DNA of 64,000 nt from Candidatus Nomurabacteria bacterium (GTDB taxonomy: Bacteria > Patescibacteriota > Minisyncoccia > Phycocordibacterales > UBA9973), in assembly GCA_026395965.1 (NCBI GenBank), contig JAPLXS010000004.1:686-64685 (forward strand), in the 5' to 3' direction. Of this stretch, positions 48,148 through 58,050 are shown in pieces. Below the pieces are notes generated by a model. That model ran no database searches. It had not been told where the DNA came from and worked only from the letters and a program-made list of their open reading frames with translations. Numbering within the stretch: the first letter of the stretch is position 1; every line of letters starts with the position of its first letter. Position numbers and translations under genes: made by a program.

Positions 48148-49161
48148 GTGTTGGACGTCTATATTTTTGATATAATGATTTATATGAAAAATAATGAAAA
48201 TATGTTTAGTTGGGAAGCTTTGGTTCGTATAGTAACTATGGGAATTATAATTTTTCTTTGTTGGCGTGCATTGTCGGTGATTCCTGTTATTATTGTCGCA
48301 TCTGTTTTGGTTGTTTCTTTTTACCCCGCTGTAAAGAAGTTACAAAAAACAATAAAAATACCGCTTGTAATGAGTATTTTTTTGATTTTGATTGTTCCGA
48401 TTATTCCTTTTATTTATTTTGGATATATTTTCATTCCTCGTATAGTGGCTGAAATGCCCAACTTGTTGTCCAGTATCAACTTAGTTGTAAGTAATTCACC
48501 ATATTTACATAATTTGAATATTGTTAGTTATCTTCAATCTCATTTTGATTATACTTCTGCAACTATAGATATTACATTGCTTGTTTTCTCTATTATTTCT
48601 ACTTTAGTTTTAGCATTCTTTTTAATGTACGATTTTGAAAGATTGTCAGCATTATTTTTAAGTCTTATTCCTGGAAAAGAAAAGAATGAAATGAAGGAAT
48701 TGTTTAAAGAAGTTTCACTTGTGACTGGTAGATATATACGTGGAAACCTTCTTATATCTCTTATCTGTGGTGTTGTTGTTTATATCGGACTTTATTTTTT
48801 GCATATACCTTTTGCTTTACCTCTTGCTGTATTTGCTGCAGTTTTTGATTTACTTCCACTTGTTGGGCAAACTGTAGGATCTATACCTGCTATTATTATT
48901 GGTTTTGGAGTATCACCATTTACAGGAGCTCTTGTAATAGTATTACATCTTATATACCAGCAAATTGAAAATGATATTATTTCACCTGTGATTTACAATA
49001 AGGCTTTAAATCTTTTTCCTTCTATTATTTTCTTGTCAGTATTGATAGGAGCAAGTCTTTTTGGAGTTCTTGGAGCATTTCTATCTCTTCCTGTTGCAGC
49101 AAGCATACCAGCAATTATTAACTATCGTAAGAATTACAAGATTAGATATTCTGTAGAATAG
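48148..49161 (+). CDS. AI-2E family transporter (PerM/UPF0118)
   Basis: Eight TM segments with conserved LPLVGQTVGSIPAIIIGF block. Confidence 0.75.
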   Translation: MLDVYIFDIMIYMKNNENMFSWEALVRIVTMGIIIFLCWRALSVIPVIIVASVLVVSFYPAVKKLQKTIKIPLVMSIFLILIVPIIPFIYFGYIFIPRIVAEMPNLLSSINLVVSNSPYLHNLNIVSYLQSHFDYTSATIDITLLVFSIISTLVLAFFLMYDFERLSALFLSLIPGKEKNEMKELFKEVSLVTGRYIRGNLLISLICGVVVYIGLYFLHIPFALPLAVFAAVFDLLPLVGQTVGSIPAIIIGFGVSPFTGALVIVLHLIYQQIENDIISPVIYNKALNLFPSIIFLSVLIGASLFGVLGAFLSLPVAASIPAIINYRKNYKIRYSVE

Positions 49162-49188
49162 TAGTATTATATCTATTTATAAATTTTC

Positions 49189-49542
49189 ATGGAAAATATT
49201 AAATTTAATCAAAATTCAAAAGAAAAGATAAATTATTTTTTACAAGATTATTCAAATGATTTTTGGGTTATGAAGATTGCACTTATGGGTGGTACTATAG
49301 ATAGTGTTCGTAAATTATTTAAAGATGGTCATACAGTACCAACAGTTGAAAAATATATAGAAAAATGTAGAAGTGAAGGAAAGACTACACTGAATGTTGA
49401 AGACCAGAATGATCCAATTTTTATTGAAAAATCAATAAAATTAAACGAAATAGTAGAAAAAAATAATCTATTGGGTGAAAATATAAAAGAACAAGATGTT
49501 ATCGAAAAAGTTGAAGCAGCTATGGCTGTTATAAGTAGTTAA
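49189..49542 (+). CDS. hypothetical protein
   Basis: 117 aa, no motif. Confidence 0.4.
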   Translation: MENIKFNQNSKEKINYFLQDYSNDFWVMKIALMGGTIDSVRKLFKDGHTVPTVEKYIEKCRSEGKTTLNVEDQNDPIFIEKSIKLNEIVEKNNLLGENIKEQDVIEKVEAAMAVISS

Positions 49543-49587
49543 TTCGCTTAAAATTTATTTTATATAAATATGTTATATTGATTTAAT

Positions 49588-50310
49588 ATGTTTATTAAAG
49601 ATAATATTATTTACACATTCATTTTAGTTATTTTAGTTTGTATACCTTCTTCTACACTAGCTGTCGATAAAAAGGCGATAGAGAAAACAAAAGTTGCATA
49701 TCTCACTTTTGATGCAGATATGACACCTTTCATGAAAAAGAAGTTAGACGAGAAAAAGGTATCTACTTGGTATAGCAAAGATTTGGTGAATTATTTAGAA
49801 GATGAAAAAATACCAGCAACTATTTTTGTAACTGGTATGTTTGCCGAGGTATATCCAGATCTAATAAAAGATATATCTAAATATCCAGAAATCAAAATAG
49901 CAAATCATACCTATGATCACTCAGGGTTTGAAAGTCCTTGTTATGGGTTGAAAGTTGTAAAAACAGACAAAAGTAAAATAGAAGAAATAAAAAAAACACA
50001 AAAGATATTACAATCTTTAACTGGATATGAACCTAAATATTTTCGTTATCCAGGTTTGTGCAACAATAAACATGATGATGCTCTTGTAAAAAAACTAGGT
50101 CTTGAGATATCCAATGAAGGACTTGCTTCAGGGGATGCGTTCAACAAAGACCAAGTAAATATAACAAAAACAGTAGTAAATGGTGTACAAGATGGTTCTG
50201 TTATAATAATGCATCTAGGAGGGCCCAATGCGCCAGCTATAGACGTATCCATAAAAGAAATAGTTATAAAACTAAAAGCAGAAAATTATGTATTTAAAGT
50301 TTTAGATTAG
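49588..50310 (+). CDS. polysaccharide deacetylase family protein (NodB homology)
   Basis: LTFDAD ... IANHTYDH motifs, signal anchor. Confidence 0.8.
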   Translation: MFIKDNIIYTFILVILVCIPSSTLAVDKKAIEKTKVAYLTFDADMTPFMKKKLDEKKVSTWYSKDLVNYLEDEKIPATIFVTGMFAEVYPDLIKDISKYPEIKIANHTYDHSGFESPCYGLKVVKTDKSKIEEIKKTQKILQSLTGYEPKYFRYPGLCNNKHDDALVKKLGLEISNEGLASGDAFNKDQVNITKTVVNGVQDGSVIIMHLGGPNAPAIDVSIKEIVIKLKAENYVFKVLD

Positions 50311-50371
50311 ACTTGTTTGATTTAACCCTATTTAAAATAATTAATTTATAATTCTGCTATAATAAAAAAAT

Positions 50372-52114
50372 ATGAAAATTTTATTGAATTACTTAAAAAA
50401 ATATTGGAAAATATGCATACTCGTAGTGTTACTCGCATCTGTAAATCAAATATTTTCACTACTAGATCCTTTGATTTTTCGACATGTTATAGATGATTAT
50501 GCTACAAAGTTTAATACTTTTACTCTAAAAGAGTTTTTGAGTGGAGTTTCATTTTTGCTTGCTCTTGCTGTAGGTGCTGCTTTTGTGTCTCGTGTTGCAA
50601 AGAACTTTCAGGATTATTATCTAAATACTGTAACTCAGCGTCTTGGTGCAAAGATATACAACGATGGTATAGAGCACTCTCTGGCTTTGCCGTATGAAGT
50701 TTTTGAAGACAAGAGAAGCGGTGAGACACTAGGTACTCTACAAAATATTCGTAGATCAAGCGAGCTATTTATAACATCATTTATTAATGTATTTTTTATA
50801 TCATTGATTGGTTTTATTTTTGTTACTATATATGCATTTCGTATATATTGGGGAGTAGCATTGGTTTTTGCACTCACTATACCTGTCATTGGTGTTATAA
50901 GTTATGCTCTCACAGGCAAGATAAAGAAAATTCAAAAAATAATATTGGCTGAAACTACGTCACTAGCAGGAGCAACAACAGAGTCATTGAGAAATATTGA
51001 GTTAGTAAAAAGTCTTGGATTGGTAGATCAGGAAATATTGCGCTTAAATACTACAACAGAGAAAATCTTGAAACTTGAACTAAAAAAGCTTCGATATATA
51101 AGAAGTATTGGTTTCGTACAAGGTACACTCATAAATCTCATAAGAACTAGTATTTTAGCTTTTTTGCTTTACCTTGTTTTTATTGGCACTGTTACTTTTG
51201 GGGAATTTTTCTCTTTGTATATTTACTCATTTTTTATTTTTGGTCCATTGCAGCAACTTGGTGAAGTTATAAATAATTATCGCGATGCACAAGTGTCTCT
51301 AATTAAATTTAGTGAATTAATGGACACACCAATAGAGCCTGTGCCAGATATTGCAAAAGATATCGATAAAATAACTTCTCTTGAATTTAATAATGTTTCT
51401 TTTTCATATAACAATGTCACAAAATCTGCTATTTCTGGTATTTCTTTTAGAGCAGAAGCTGGTGAGACGGTAGCTTTTGTGGGTCCTTCTGGAGCAGGTA
51501 AGACTAGTCTAGTAAAACTTTTGGTTGGTTTATATCAACCAAAAGAAGGAAGTATTTCTTATAATGGTATTACAGGCAAAGAATTAAATATGAATAAATT
51601 ACGTGCCAATTTTGGCTTCGTAACACAAGATACTCAGCTCTATGCTGGATCGATAAGAGAAAATTTGCTCTTTGTAAATCCAAATGCAACAGAAAAAGAA
51701 TGCCTAGAAGCATTAGAAATGAGTGCAGCAAATTCATTGTTGGAAAGAGCTGAAAAAGGTATAGATACAACAATAGGAGAAGGTGGTGTTAAAGTTTCAG
51801 GAGGAGAAAAACAAAGATTATCAATAGCCCGAGCCCTATTGCGAAAACCATCTATTTTAATATTCGATGAAGCTACTTCTTCGCTAGATTCTATAACCGA
51901 GGAAGAGATAACCGAAACAATTCGTGATGTTTCATTAGGTGCAAAACGTATCACAATACTTATTGCGCATAGGTTATCTACTGTTATGCACGCATCCCGT
52001 ATTTATGTTTTAGAAAAAGGATTGATTACAGAAGTTGGTACACATGACGACCTGCTAAATAAAAAGGGTTTGTATTATGCTATGTGGCGACAGCAAATAG
52101 GTGAGAGAGTTTAA
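50372..52114 (+). CDS. ABC transporter permease/ATP-binding protein (MsbA-like exporter)
   Basis: Six TM helices plus Walker A GPSGAGKTS, signature LSGGEKQRLSIARAL and Walker B ILIFDEATS. Confidence 0.9.
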   Translation: MKILLNYLKKYWKICILVVLLASVNQIFSLLDPLIFRHVIDDYATKFNTFTLKEFLSGVSFLLALAVGAAFVSRVAKNFQDYYLNTVTQRLGAKIYNDGIEHSLALPYEVFEDKRSGETLGTLQNIRRSSELFITSFINVFFISLIGFIFVTIYAFRIYWGVALVFALTIPVIGVISYALTGKIKKIQKIILAETTSLAGATTESLRNIELVKSLGLVDQEILRLNTTTEKILKLELKKLRYIRSIGFVQGTLINLIRTSILAFLLYLVFIGTVTFGEFFSLYIYSFFIFGPLQQLGEVINNYRDAQVSLIKFSELMDTPIEPVPDIAKDIDKITSLEFNNVSFSYNNVTKSAISGISFRAEAGETVAFVGPSGAGKTSLVKLLVGLYQPKEGSISYNGITGKELNMNKLRANFGFVTQDTQLYAGSIRENLLFVNPNATEKECLEALEMSAANSLLERAEKGIDTTIGEGGVKVSGGEKQRLSIARALLRKPSILIFDEATSSLDSITEEEITETIRDVSLGAKRITILIAHRLSTVMHASRIYVLEKGLITEVGTHDDLLNKKGLYYAMWRQQIGERV

Positions 52115-52432
52115 TGTCTATTGTATAAAAAATCAATTATTTGATATAATAAAAATATGAATAATTTATTAAAAGAATTTGTTTCAAATGAGCCTAGAAA
52201 TTTTAGCTTTAAAATAGGCAAAGATTTAGCCTCTTCACTATCAGGTTTTGTTGCAGGAATTATAGTAGCAAGTATCGTATGGTACACTAGTATTTTGTTT
52301 TTATCAGACTTTTTTACAAAATAAAAAGTATTAAAAAGTTTATTTTATAGCTAATATATTGTTGTAGACAAATTCATATATTATGTTAGCATATTAACAA
52401 TAGTAGTTTTTTGACATATTTTTTGTTTAAAT

Positions 52433-52963
52433 TTGAATTTATTGGGTTTTCCTTGCTTCCTTATAGAGGTAAAGAAAACCTTAATAAATTCAAAAATGGA
52501 AACAACTAAAAATGGAATGAAGAGATCACTGTCTTCAGTGGCATTGTTTATTTTGAGCTCAGGTATTACATACCTGTACTTTGTATGGTGTCTATTACCT
52601 GCAATTACAAAAGTTCTTTTGATTAAATCAGCAAAAATTAAAATTACTGATGGTTTATTAATGATATTTATGCTAATAGTTGCATATATATTTATTACTA
52701 CTTGTTTTTGTTTCTTAGTAAGAATATTCAAAAATCTTAAATCACCAGAAGATCAAGGTGCTATGGGGCTTCCTATCGTTGGTCTACTCTTCAGTATTGT
52801 ATTTAGTATTGTATTTACTTTTATAATCGGATTACCTTTAAATTTATTTACAAGTAGTCTAATATCTTTTATAAATATGTTAACAATACTATTGCCTGTA
52901 TTTTTATTGATTACTTTGTTTTTCGGTTTAAAAACTGAATTTAGAAAAAAAATTGACCCTTAA
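52433..52963 (+). CDS. polytopic membrane hypothetical protein
   Basis: 4-5 hydrophobic helices; terminator immediately downstream; preferred over the overlapping minus-strand ORF. Confidence 0.4.
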   Translation: MNLLGFPCFLIEVKKTLINSKMETTKNGMKRSLSSVALFILSSGITYLYFVWCLLPAITKVLLIKSAKIKITDGLLMIFMLIVAYIFITTCFCFLVRIFKNLKSPEDQGAMGLPIVGLLFSIVFSIVFTFIIGLPLNLFTSSLISFINMLTILLPVFLLITLFFGLKTEFRKKIDP

Positions 52964-52966
52964 TTA

Positions 52967-52998
52967 AAATCACCACTCAATCTTTGAGTGGTTTTTTA
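52967..52998 (+). terminator. rho-independent terminator
   Basis: aaaatcaccactcaatctttgagtggtttttt. Confidence 0.7.
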
Positions 52999-53048
52999 TA
53001 TGGGTTAATTATAATTTAATTATTTTTGATAAAAGTTTTTTAGAAATA

Positions 53049-53387
53049 TTAGTCATCATATTCATCTATACCCCTATCTTTCTTATGAGTAGTAATTTTT
53101 TTTACTACCTTTTTTATTGTGGGTAGGGTAACGATAGGAGTAGTTTCTTTTTCAACAACAGAATTTACTATAGGGATATCAGTTACCGTCTCATCTTTAG
53201 TATTTAGATTTGATAATATATCAGATTGTATAATTTTTGGAAGAGGTAGCGTGTCTGTATTTTCAGTACTAGCAACTTCTTGGTCAGCAAAATACTCACT
53301 TTCTGTCGTATTGGTTTTTATTGTTGCATAAGCGACAAATCCAACAAATAAAAAAGAAAATATTATTAATAGAAAGTTTTTATTCAT
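53049..53387 (-). CDS. secreted/anchored hypothetical protein
   Basis: N-terminal signal anchor. Confidence 0.4.
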   Translation of the reverse strand: MNKNFLLIIFSFLFVGFVAYATIKTNTTESEYFADQEVASTENTDTLPLPKIIQSDILSNLNTKDETVTDIPIVNSVVEKETTPIVTLPTIKKVVKKITTHKKDRGIDEYDD

Positions 53388-53396
53388 AAAATTTTA

Positions 53397-53867
53397 TTAA
53401 CTAGCTCTAGATTGTCTACTAGGTGCTACATATGTAGATTGCGCTGCCGCATTGGCTTGCGCTTGAGCTAATGCTTGTTGAGCTCTTTGTTTTGCTAATG
53501 CTTGGGCCTGTTGCTGTACGAGTAGGGCTTGTGCCTTTTGTTTAGCAAGTAGAGCATCTTTTTCTTGCTGTGCTAGTAGAGCCGCTGTTTGCGATGAATA
53601 CGCAGTAGCAGGGGTGTTTTGACTCGTTACGGCTTGATCCTGTAGGAGTTGTTGACCTAGAAGGTCTTGTTGTTGTTTTGCTTGTATAAGTAAGAGATTT
53701 TTATTTTTAGTTGCAATAACATTGTCTTTTATTTTTTGTATATTTGCTTGTTGTGCTAGGGCAGTAGATTCGCTTTTAATTTTATTCTGATAAGAATAAG
53801 AACCTTGCATAAAAACAAGACCAATTAATCCAAAAGTTATTATTACATTTTTAAAATCTTCTATCAT
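53397..53867 (-). CDS. Q/A-rich coiled-coil membrane-anchored protein
   Basis: N-terminal TM then AQALLVQQQAQALAKQRAQQALAQAQ low complexity. Confidence 0.4.
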   Translation of the reverse strand: MIEDFKNVIITFGLIGLVFMQGSYSYQNKIKSESTALAQQANIQKIKDNVIATKNKNLLLIQAKQQQDLLGQQLLQDQAVTSQNTPATAYSSQTAALLAQQEKDALLAKQKAQALLVQQQAQALAKQRAQQALAQAQANAAAQSTYVAPSRQSRAS

Positions 53868-53870
53868 ATT

Positions 53871-54041
53871 TTAATCTATTTTTTGCCACATATGTGTATC
53901 ACTTTTTCTAATACTGCATTCAGCACATTTAAAATCCATAGGAAGAGTTTCCCATTTTGTACCTGGTGGTATCCCACGTGCTGGGTCACCTTTGGCTTCA
54001 TCGTATATCCATCCACATTCTAAACAAACATATTGAGACAT
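53871..54041 (-). CDS. rubredoxin-like protein (56 aa), absent from the ORF track
   Basis: Manual translation MSQYVCLECGWIYDEAKGDPARGIPPGTKWETLPMDFKCAECSIRK... : a CxxCGxIYD first knuckle and a W..KCxxC second knuckle; its stop lies 4 nt before the next start. Confidence 0.6.
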   Translation of the reverse strand: MSQYVCLECGWIYDEAKGDPARGIPPGTKWETLPMDFKCAECSIRKSDTHMWQKID

Positions 54042-54119
54042 AATTTTTTAATTTAATTATTATTATTAATAATACAACTATACAGAAGAATAATGAAAAT
54101 TAGATGAATAACTGGATTT

Positions 54120-55148
54120 TTATATGCAAGGAAAAATAACCTTAAATATAGTGCCCTTTTCAAGGTCACTTGTAACTTTTATTGCGCCACGATGTTCATC
54201 TACGATTTCTTTTACTATAGAAAGACCAAGCCCTGTTCCAGAAGAATTTTGAGTACGAGAATTATCGGCCTTATAAAATCTTTCAAAAATAAGAGAAAGT
54301 TCTTCTTTTTTTATTCCTATGCCAGAATCTTTTATTGAAAGTATTATTTTATTGTTGTCTTTTTTTAGAGATACGACAACTTCTCCATCTTTTTTATTAT
54401 AATCAATCGCATTTTTAATCAGATTGATAAATAATCTAATTAAATCGTCTTCATTGCCTGAAACATATATATCTTCATTTACTTGGTCCTTGATTTCAAT
54501 ATCCTTTGTTTGCGCATATGCACTTATGTTTTTTATTTGTTTTTTGCATAATTCAGAAAAAGATATATCTGAAAAGACCCCAATTTTCTTTTTGTTATTA
54601 ACAAGGAAAAGCAAATTGTTTGAAAGAGTTGTAAGTCTTTCGACTTCATCTAGTGATTCTTTGATAAATTTAATATATTCGTTTCCATCTCGATCTTTTC
54701 TCAATATAACTTCTGAGCCTGCTTTCATAACAGCAAGGGGAGTACGTAATTCATGTGCAGCATCTGCAACAAAACGAGCTTGTTTTTTATAAGCTGTTTC
54801 GAGTGGAGCAAGAGTTCTTTTGGAAGAAAGATAAGCAGCTATTAAGGTAATAAAAAGTATGAGCCCGTCAGAGATAAATAGAATATTTAATAGATTATCT
54901 TGCATTTCCTCAATTTGATTTTCTTCTAGATATCTAATATTGGTTTGTATTTTAGAGTGTTCTTGTTTTTCAATAACATTCATACTTATGCTGTTGGTAA
55001 ATAAAGCATACACTATGATGTTAAATATTGTTAAAACAACAAATACACCTAATGCATAGTAAATAGTTAAAAGTAAAACAGCTTTTTTGAACTCACTTTG
55101 ACTTGAAAGTGTAGCCGACTCCACGAATTGTTTGTATATATTTTTCAT
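54120..55148 (-). CDS. sensor histidine kinase
   Basis: TM sensor, H box AAHELRTPLAV, G boxes GTGLGLSIVKEIV. Confidence 0.85.
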   Translation of the reverse strand: MKNIYKQFVESATLSSQSEFKKAVLLLTIYYALGVFVVLTIFNIIVYALFTNSISMNVIEKQEHSKIQTNIRYLEENQIEEMQDNLLNILFISDGLILFITLIAAYLSSKRTLAPLETAYKKQARFVADAAHELRTPLAVMKAGSEVILRKDRDGNEYIKFIKESLDEVERLTTLSNNLLFLVNNKKKIGVFSDISFSELCKKQIKNISAYAQTKDIEIKDQVNEDIYVSGNEDDLIRLFINLIKNAIDYNKKDGEVVVSLKKDNNKIILSIKDSGIGIKKEELSLIFERFYKADNSRTQNSSGTGLGLSIVKEIVDEHRGAIKVTSDLEKGTIFKVIFPCI

Positions 55149-55761
55149 TTGAATCTTTTAATTTTTTTCGTAATTGTTTTATATAAACATCTGTTATATT
55201 GCTAAACGCACTATATGCAAAATCCCAACAATGTTCAAGTAATTGTTCTCGGGTTACGACCTGATCTGCATTTCTCATCAAGTATTCCAAGATAGTATAC
55301 TCTTTTAAGGTTAGGGGAATAGCTTTCTCTTTTTGGGTTGCAGTATGTTTAGTGTTGTCTAGAGTGATATCATTTACTTTCAAGATAGAAATTATTCTAT
55401 CTTGTGGGCGGCGAAGGATTGCACGGACTCTCGCGAGTAATTCCTTCATATCAAATGGTTTTACAAGATAATCATCAGCTCCACTATCTAGGCCTAATAT
55501 CTTGTCGTTGACTTCACCTTTGGCTGTTATCATTATGATAGGCAAATTTATATTATCATTTCTTAAGCTTTTACATACAGAAATGCCATCTTTTTTTGGA
55601 AGCATTATATCGAGTATAACTAAATCATAACTTCCAGAGCGAATTATACGCTCAGCTGTTTCTCCATCAGAAACAGTGTCTGTGGCGTAGCCCTCCTCTT
55701 CAAGCATTTGTTTAGTATACTTGGCCAATTTTTCATTGTCTTCAACAATCAATATTCTCAT
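55093..55761 (-). CDS. OmpR-family response regulator
   Basis: Receiver MRILIVEDN ... winged-helix C-terminal domain. Confidence 0.9.
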   Translation of the reverse strand: MRILIVEDNEKLAKYTKQMLEEEGYATDTVSDGETAERIIRSGSYDLVILDIMLPKKDGISVCKSLRNDNINLPIIMITAKGEVNDKILGLDSGADDYLVKPFDMKELLARVRAILRRPQDRIISILKVNDITLDNTKHTATQKEKAIPLTLKEYTILEYLMRNADQVVTREQLLEHCWDFAYSAFSNITDVYIKQLRKKLKDSNEKYIQTIRGVGYTFKSK

Positions 55762-55820
55762 AATATATATAATACATCCTATTCATCAATTATTCATCTT
55801 TTTAGTTTAAGATATAAATT

Positions 55821-56720
55821 ATGATAGAAGAATTTGAATACAATGGCAAGGCTATGGGAACAGAGTATTCTATTGCAATAGTCTCTGCTTCTCACGAGCT
55901 TTCTGATAAATTATATGAAATTTCTAAAACTGAAATTGAAAAATACGAAAAAATATTTTCGAGGTTTTTAAAGACTAGTGAACTGTCTATTTTAAATGAA
56001 AATAAAAATATGATAGTGTCCCAAGAATTTTTTGATGTAACTCTGAAAGCCCGCGAACTTTTTGAAGAAACTAGGGGAGTTTTTAATCCTCTCATACAAG
56101 TTTCTAGACTTGGGTATAATAAAAATTATTCTGATATAAAAAACGACGAAAAAACTAAAGATGAAAGTATATATGATATTGATTTTTCGAATACTCAAAT
56201 AGATAGACAATCTCGTCGTATTCAATTAAATAAAGGACAAAAGCTTGATTATGGGGGTTTTTTGAAAGGATATTTGGCTGAAATTATTGCTAAACAAATC
56301 AAATCATATTCTGTAGAGATAATAGGTGTTATTGTGAATTTAGGTGGAGATATTCACACTCAAGGTTTAGATAAAAATGGAAATAGTTTTGTATTTAATA
56401 TATATAATCCAATATCCCAAAATAATGATATAGAAGTTACTCTGTACAATGAAAGCCTTGCCACAAGCGGTACTTACAAAAGGTCATGGTTAAATTTTGG
56501 TAAAAAAATACATCACATTTTAGATATTTTTGGTAAGCAAAATCCAGAAAACGATGTTGTATCTGCGAGTGTTGTATGTGAAGATGGAGCTATATCTGAA
56601 GCATATGCAAAAGTGTTTATATCTATAGATTATAAAAATGCTATGAAATTACTAGGAGAGAAAAAGATTTCTACGATTATTATTAAAAACAATGGGCAGG
56701 TAATCAAAAATATTATATGA
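55821..56720 (+). CDS. ApbE-family FAD:protein FMN transferase
   Basis: AMGT ... I flavin-binding motif near the N-terminus, about 300 aa. Confidence 0.7.
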   Translation: MIEEFEYNGKAMGTEYSIAIVSASHELSDKLYEISKTEIEKYEKIFSRFLKTSELSILNENKNMIVSQEFFDVTLKARELFEETRGVFNPLIQVSRLGYNKNYSDIKNDEKTKDESIYDIDFSNTQIDRQSRRIQLNKGQKLDYGGFLKGYLAEIIAKQIKSYSVEIIGVIVNLGGDIHTQGLDKNGNSFVFNIYNPISQNNDIEVTLYNESLATSGTYKRSWLNFGKKIHHILDIFGKQNPENDVVSASVVCEDGAISEAYAKVFISIDYKNAMKLLGEKKISTIIIKNNGQVIKNII

Positions 56721-57352
56721 GAACATACTTTACAACAATAAAATATTTACAAGAAACACTTCTTGCTCTGGCTATCGTGACAATGATGGTGCTTCCTTCT
56801 ATGATTGTTTTTAGTCCAGATATTATATCAAATAATGTTGTTACAAATTTATATTTAATTTCTCATATTTTTTTATTTTTTGTAATGATTATAAGACCTC
56901 TTGCAGATATATTTACTAAGACTATTTGGATAAGACCATTGGTTATACTGCGAAAAGGGGCAGGGGTCATGTCTGCTTCAATAGTTGTTTCATTTATATT
57001 GGCTAAATTAATGGTTAATCCAGTAATTTATTTTTCTAGTATCGCAACTCTTAAATATTGGTCTATGGTAAATTATGCGGTGCTTGCTCATATCGCAGAT
57101 ATATCTGCTGTCATCCTTATAATCACATCAAATAATTTTTCGAAAAGTTTATTTGGAAATTCATGGAAAACCATACAGAAACTAGCATATGTGTATTTTT
57201 ATGGAAGTGTTTTATATGTGTTTCTAACTTATGGTAGTATCTACTTACTGGTTGCTCTAGTACTCGTAACTATTACGACATATATAGCCTTTATTAAAAA
57301 TAGTAACAAAAAACAATTATTAGCAGAAAACACTGCACAAAATATTATATGA
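56717..57352 (+). CDS. ferric-reductase-like transmembrane (heme b) domain protein
   Basis: Six TM helices with spaced His (HIFLFF, LAHIAD); 4-nt overlaps with both neighbours. Confidence 0.5.
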   Translation: MRTYFTTIKYLQETLLALAIVTMMVLPSMIVFSPDIISNNVVTNLYLISHIFLFFVMIIRPLADIFTKTIWIRPLVILRKGAGVMSASIVVSFILAKLMVNPVIYFSSIATLKYWSMVNYAVLAHIADISAVILIITSNNFSKSLFGNSWKTIQKLAYVYFYGSVLYVFLTYGSIYLLVALVLVTITTYIAFIKNSNKKQLLAENTAQNII

Positions 57353-58050
57353 ATATAAAAAAATTTACAGGTAAAATAAACAAAATAATAGATTTATCAG
57401 AAACAGCAAAAGAGATTCATATTTCTTTGTCGGAACCAATAGACTTTCTTTCAGGGTCATTTGTAAATTTGTTTTTAGGTATAAATGGTGAGAAAACTAG
57501 ACGTGCTTATTCTATATCTTCTTCTTCGTCACTACATGATGAGATTACTCTATCTATAAGACTAAGTCCTACGGGTACAGTGACACCATTGTTTTGGAAT
57601 AAAAATATGATAGACGAAACTGTTGAATTGATGGGACCATTGGGATTAAATACTGTTGATAAAATGAAACACAATAAAGTTTATTTATTTGCTTTTGGTG
57701 TTGGATCTGGTGTTGTAAAATCAGTTGCTGATTATTTTGCAAATATTAAAAAAGTTGAAAGTCTTGTGATTATAACAGGTAGTAGAAGTGAAGACGAAAT
57801 ACTTTATAAAGAATATTTTAATGACCTAGCAAAGAATTTTGAAAATATTTCTGTAATGCATGTTGTATCTCAACTTAGAGAAGGTTCAACTGTTCCAAAA
57901 GGATATATACAAGACCATCTAGATGGGTTTGATTTTAATAATTCAGATGTATATGTTTGTGGACAAGAAAAAGCTTGTGACCAGCTAGTTGAAAAGGTTA
58001 AATCAACAAATCCAGAAGATTGTATTTTCTTTATAGAAGCATTTCATTAG
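57349..58050 (+). CDS. FNR-like FAD/NAD(P)-binding oxidoreductase domain protein
   Basis: RAYSISS FAD motif and GVGSG NAD motif. Confidence 0.7.
   Translation: MNIKKFTGKINKIIDLSETAKEIHISLSEPIDFLSGSFVNLFLGINGEKTRRAYSISSSSSLHDEITLSIRLSPTGTVTPLFWNKNMIDETVELMGPLGLNTVDKMKHNKVYLFAFGVGSGVVKSVADYFANIKKVESLVIITGSRSEDEILYKEYFNDLAKNFENISVMHVVSQLREGSTVPKGYIQDHLDGFDFNNSDVYVCGQEKACDQLVEKVKSTNPEDCIFFIEAFH

Noticed and set aside
52381-52731. 116-aa minus-strand ORF overlapping the 52433-52963 plus ORF
   Set aside because: The plus-strand frame encodes regular TM helices and is followed by a terminator; the minus frame looks like an antisense artefact.
55093-55148. 56-nt overlap between the response regulator and histidine kinase ORFs, suggesting a frameshift or pseudogene
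   Set aside because: The HK retains an intact TM sensor and catalytic core. The overlap is more simply explained by an alternative (GTG/TTG) start downstream or genuine overlap.
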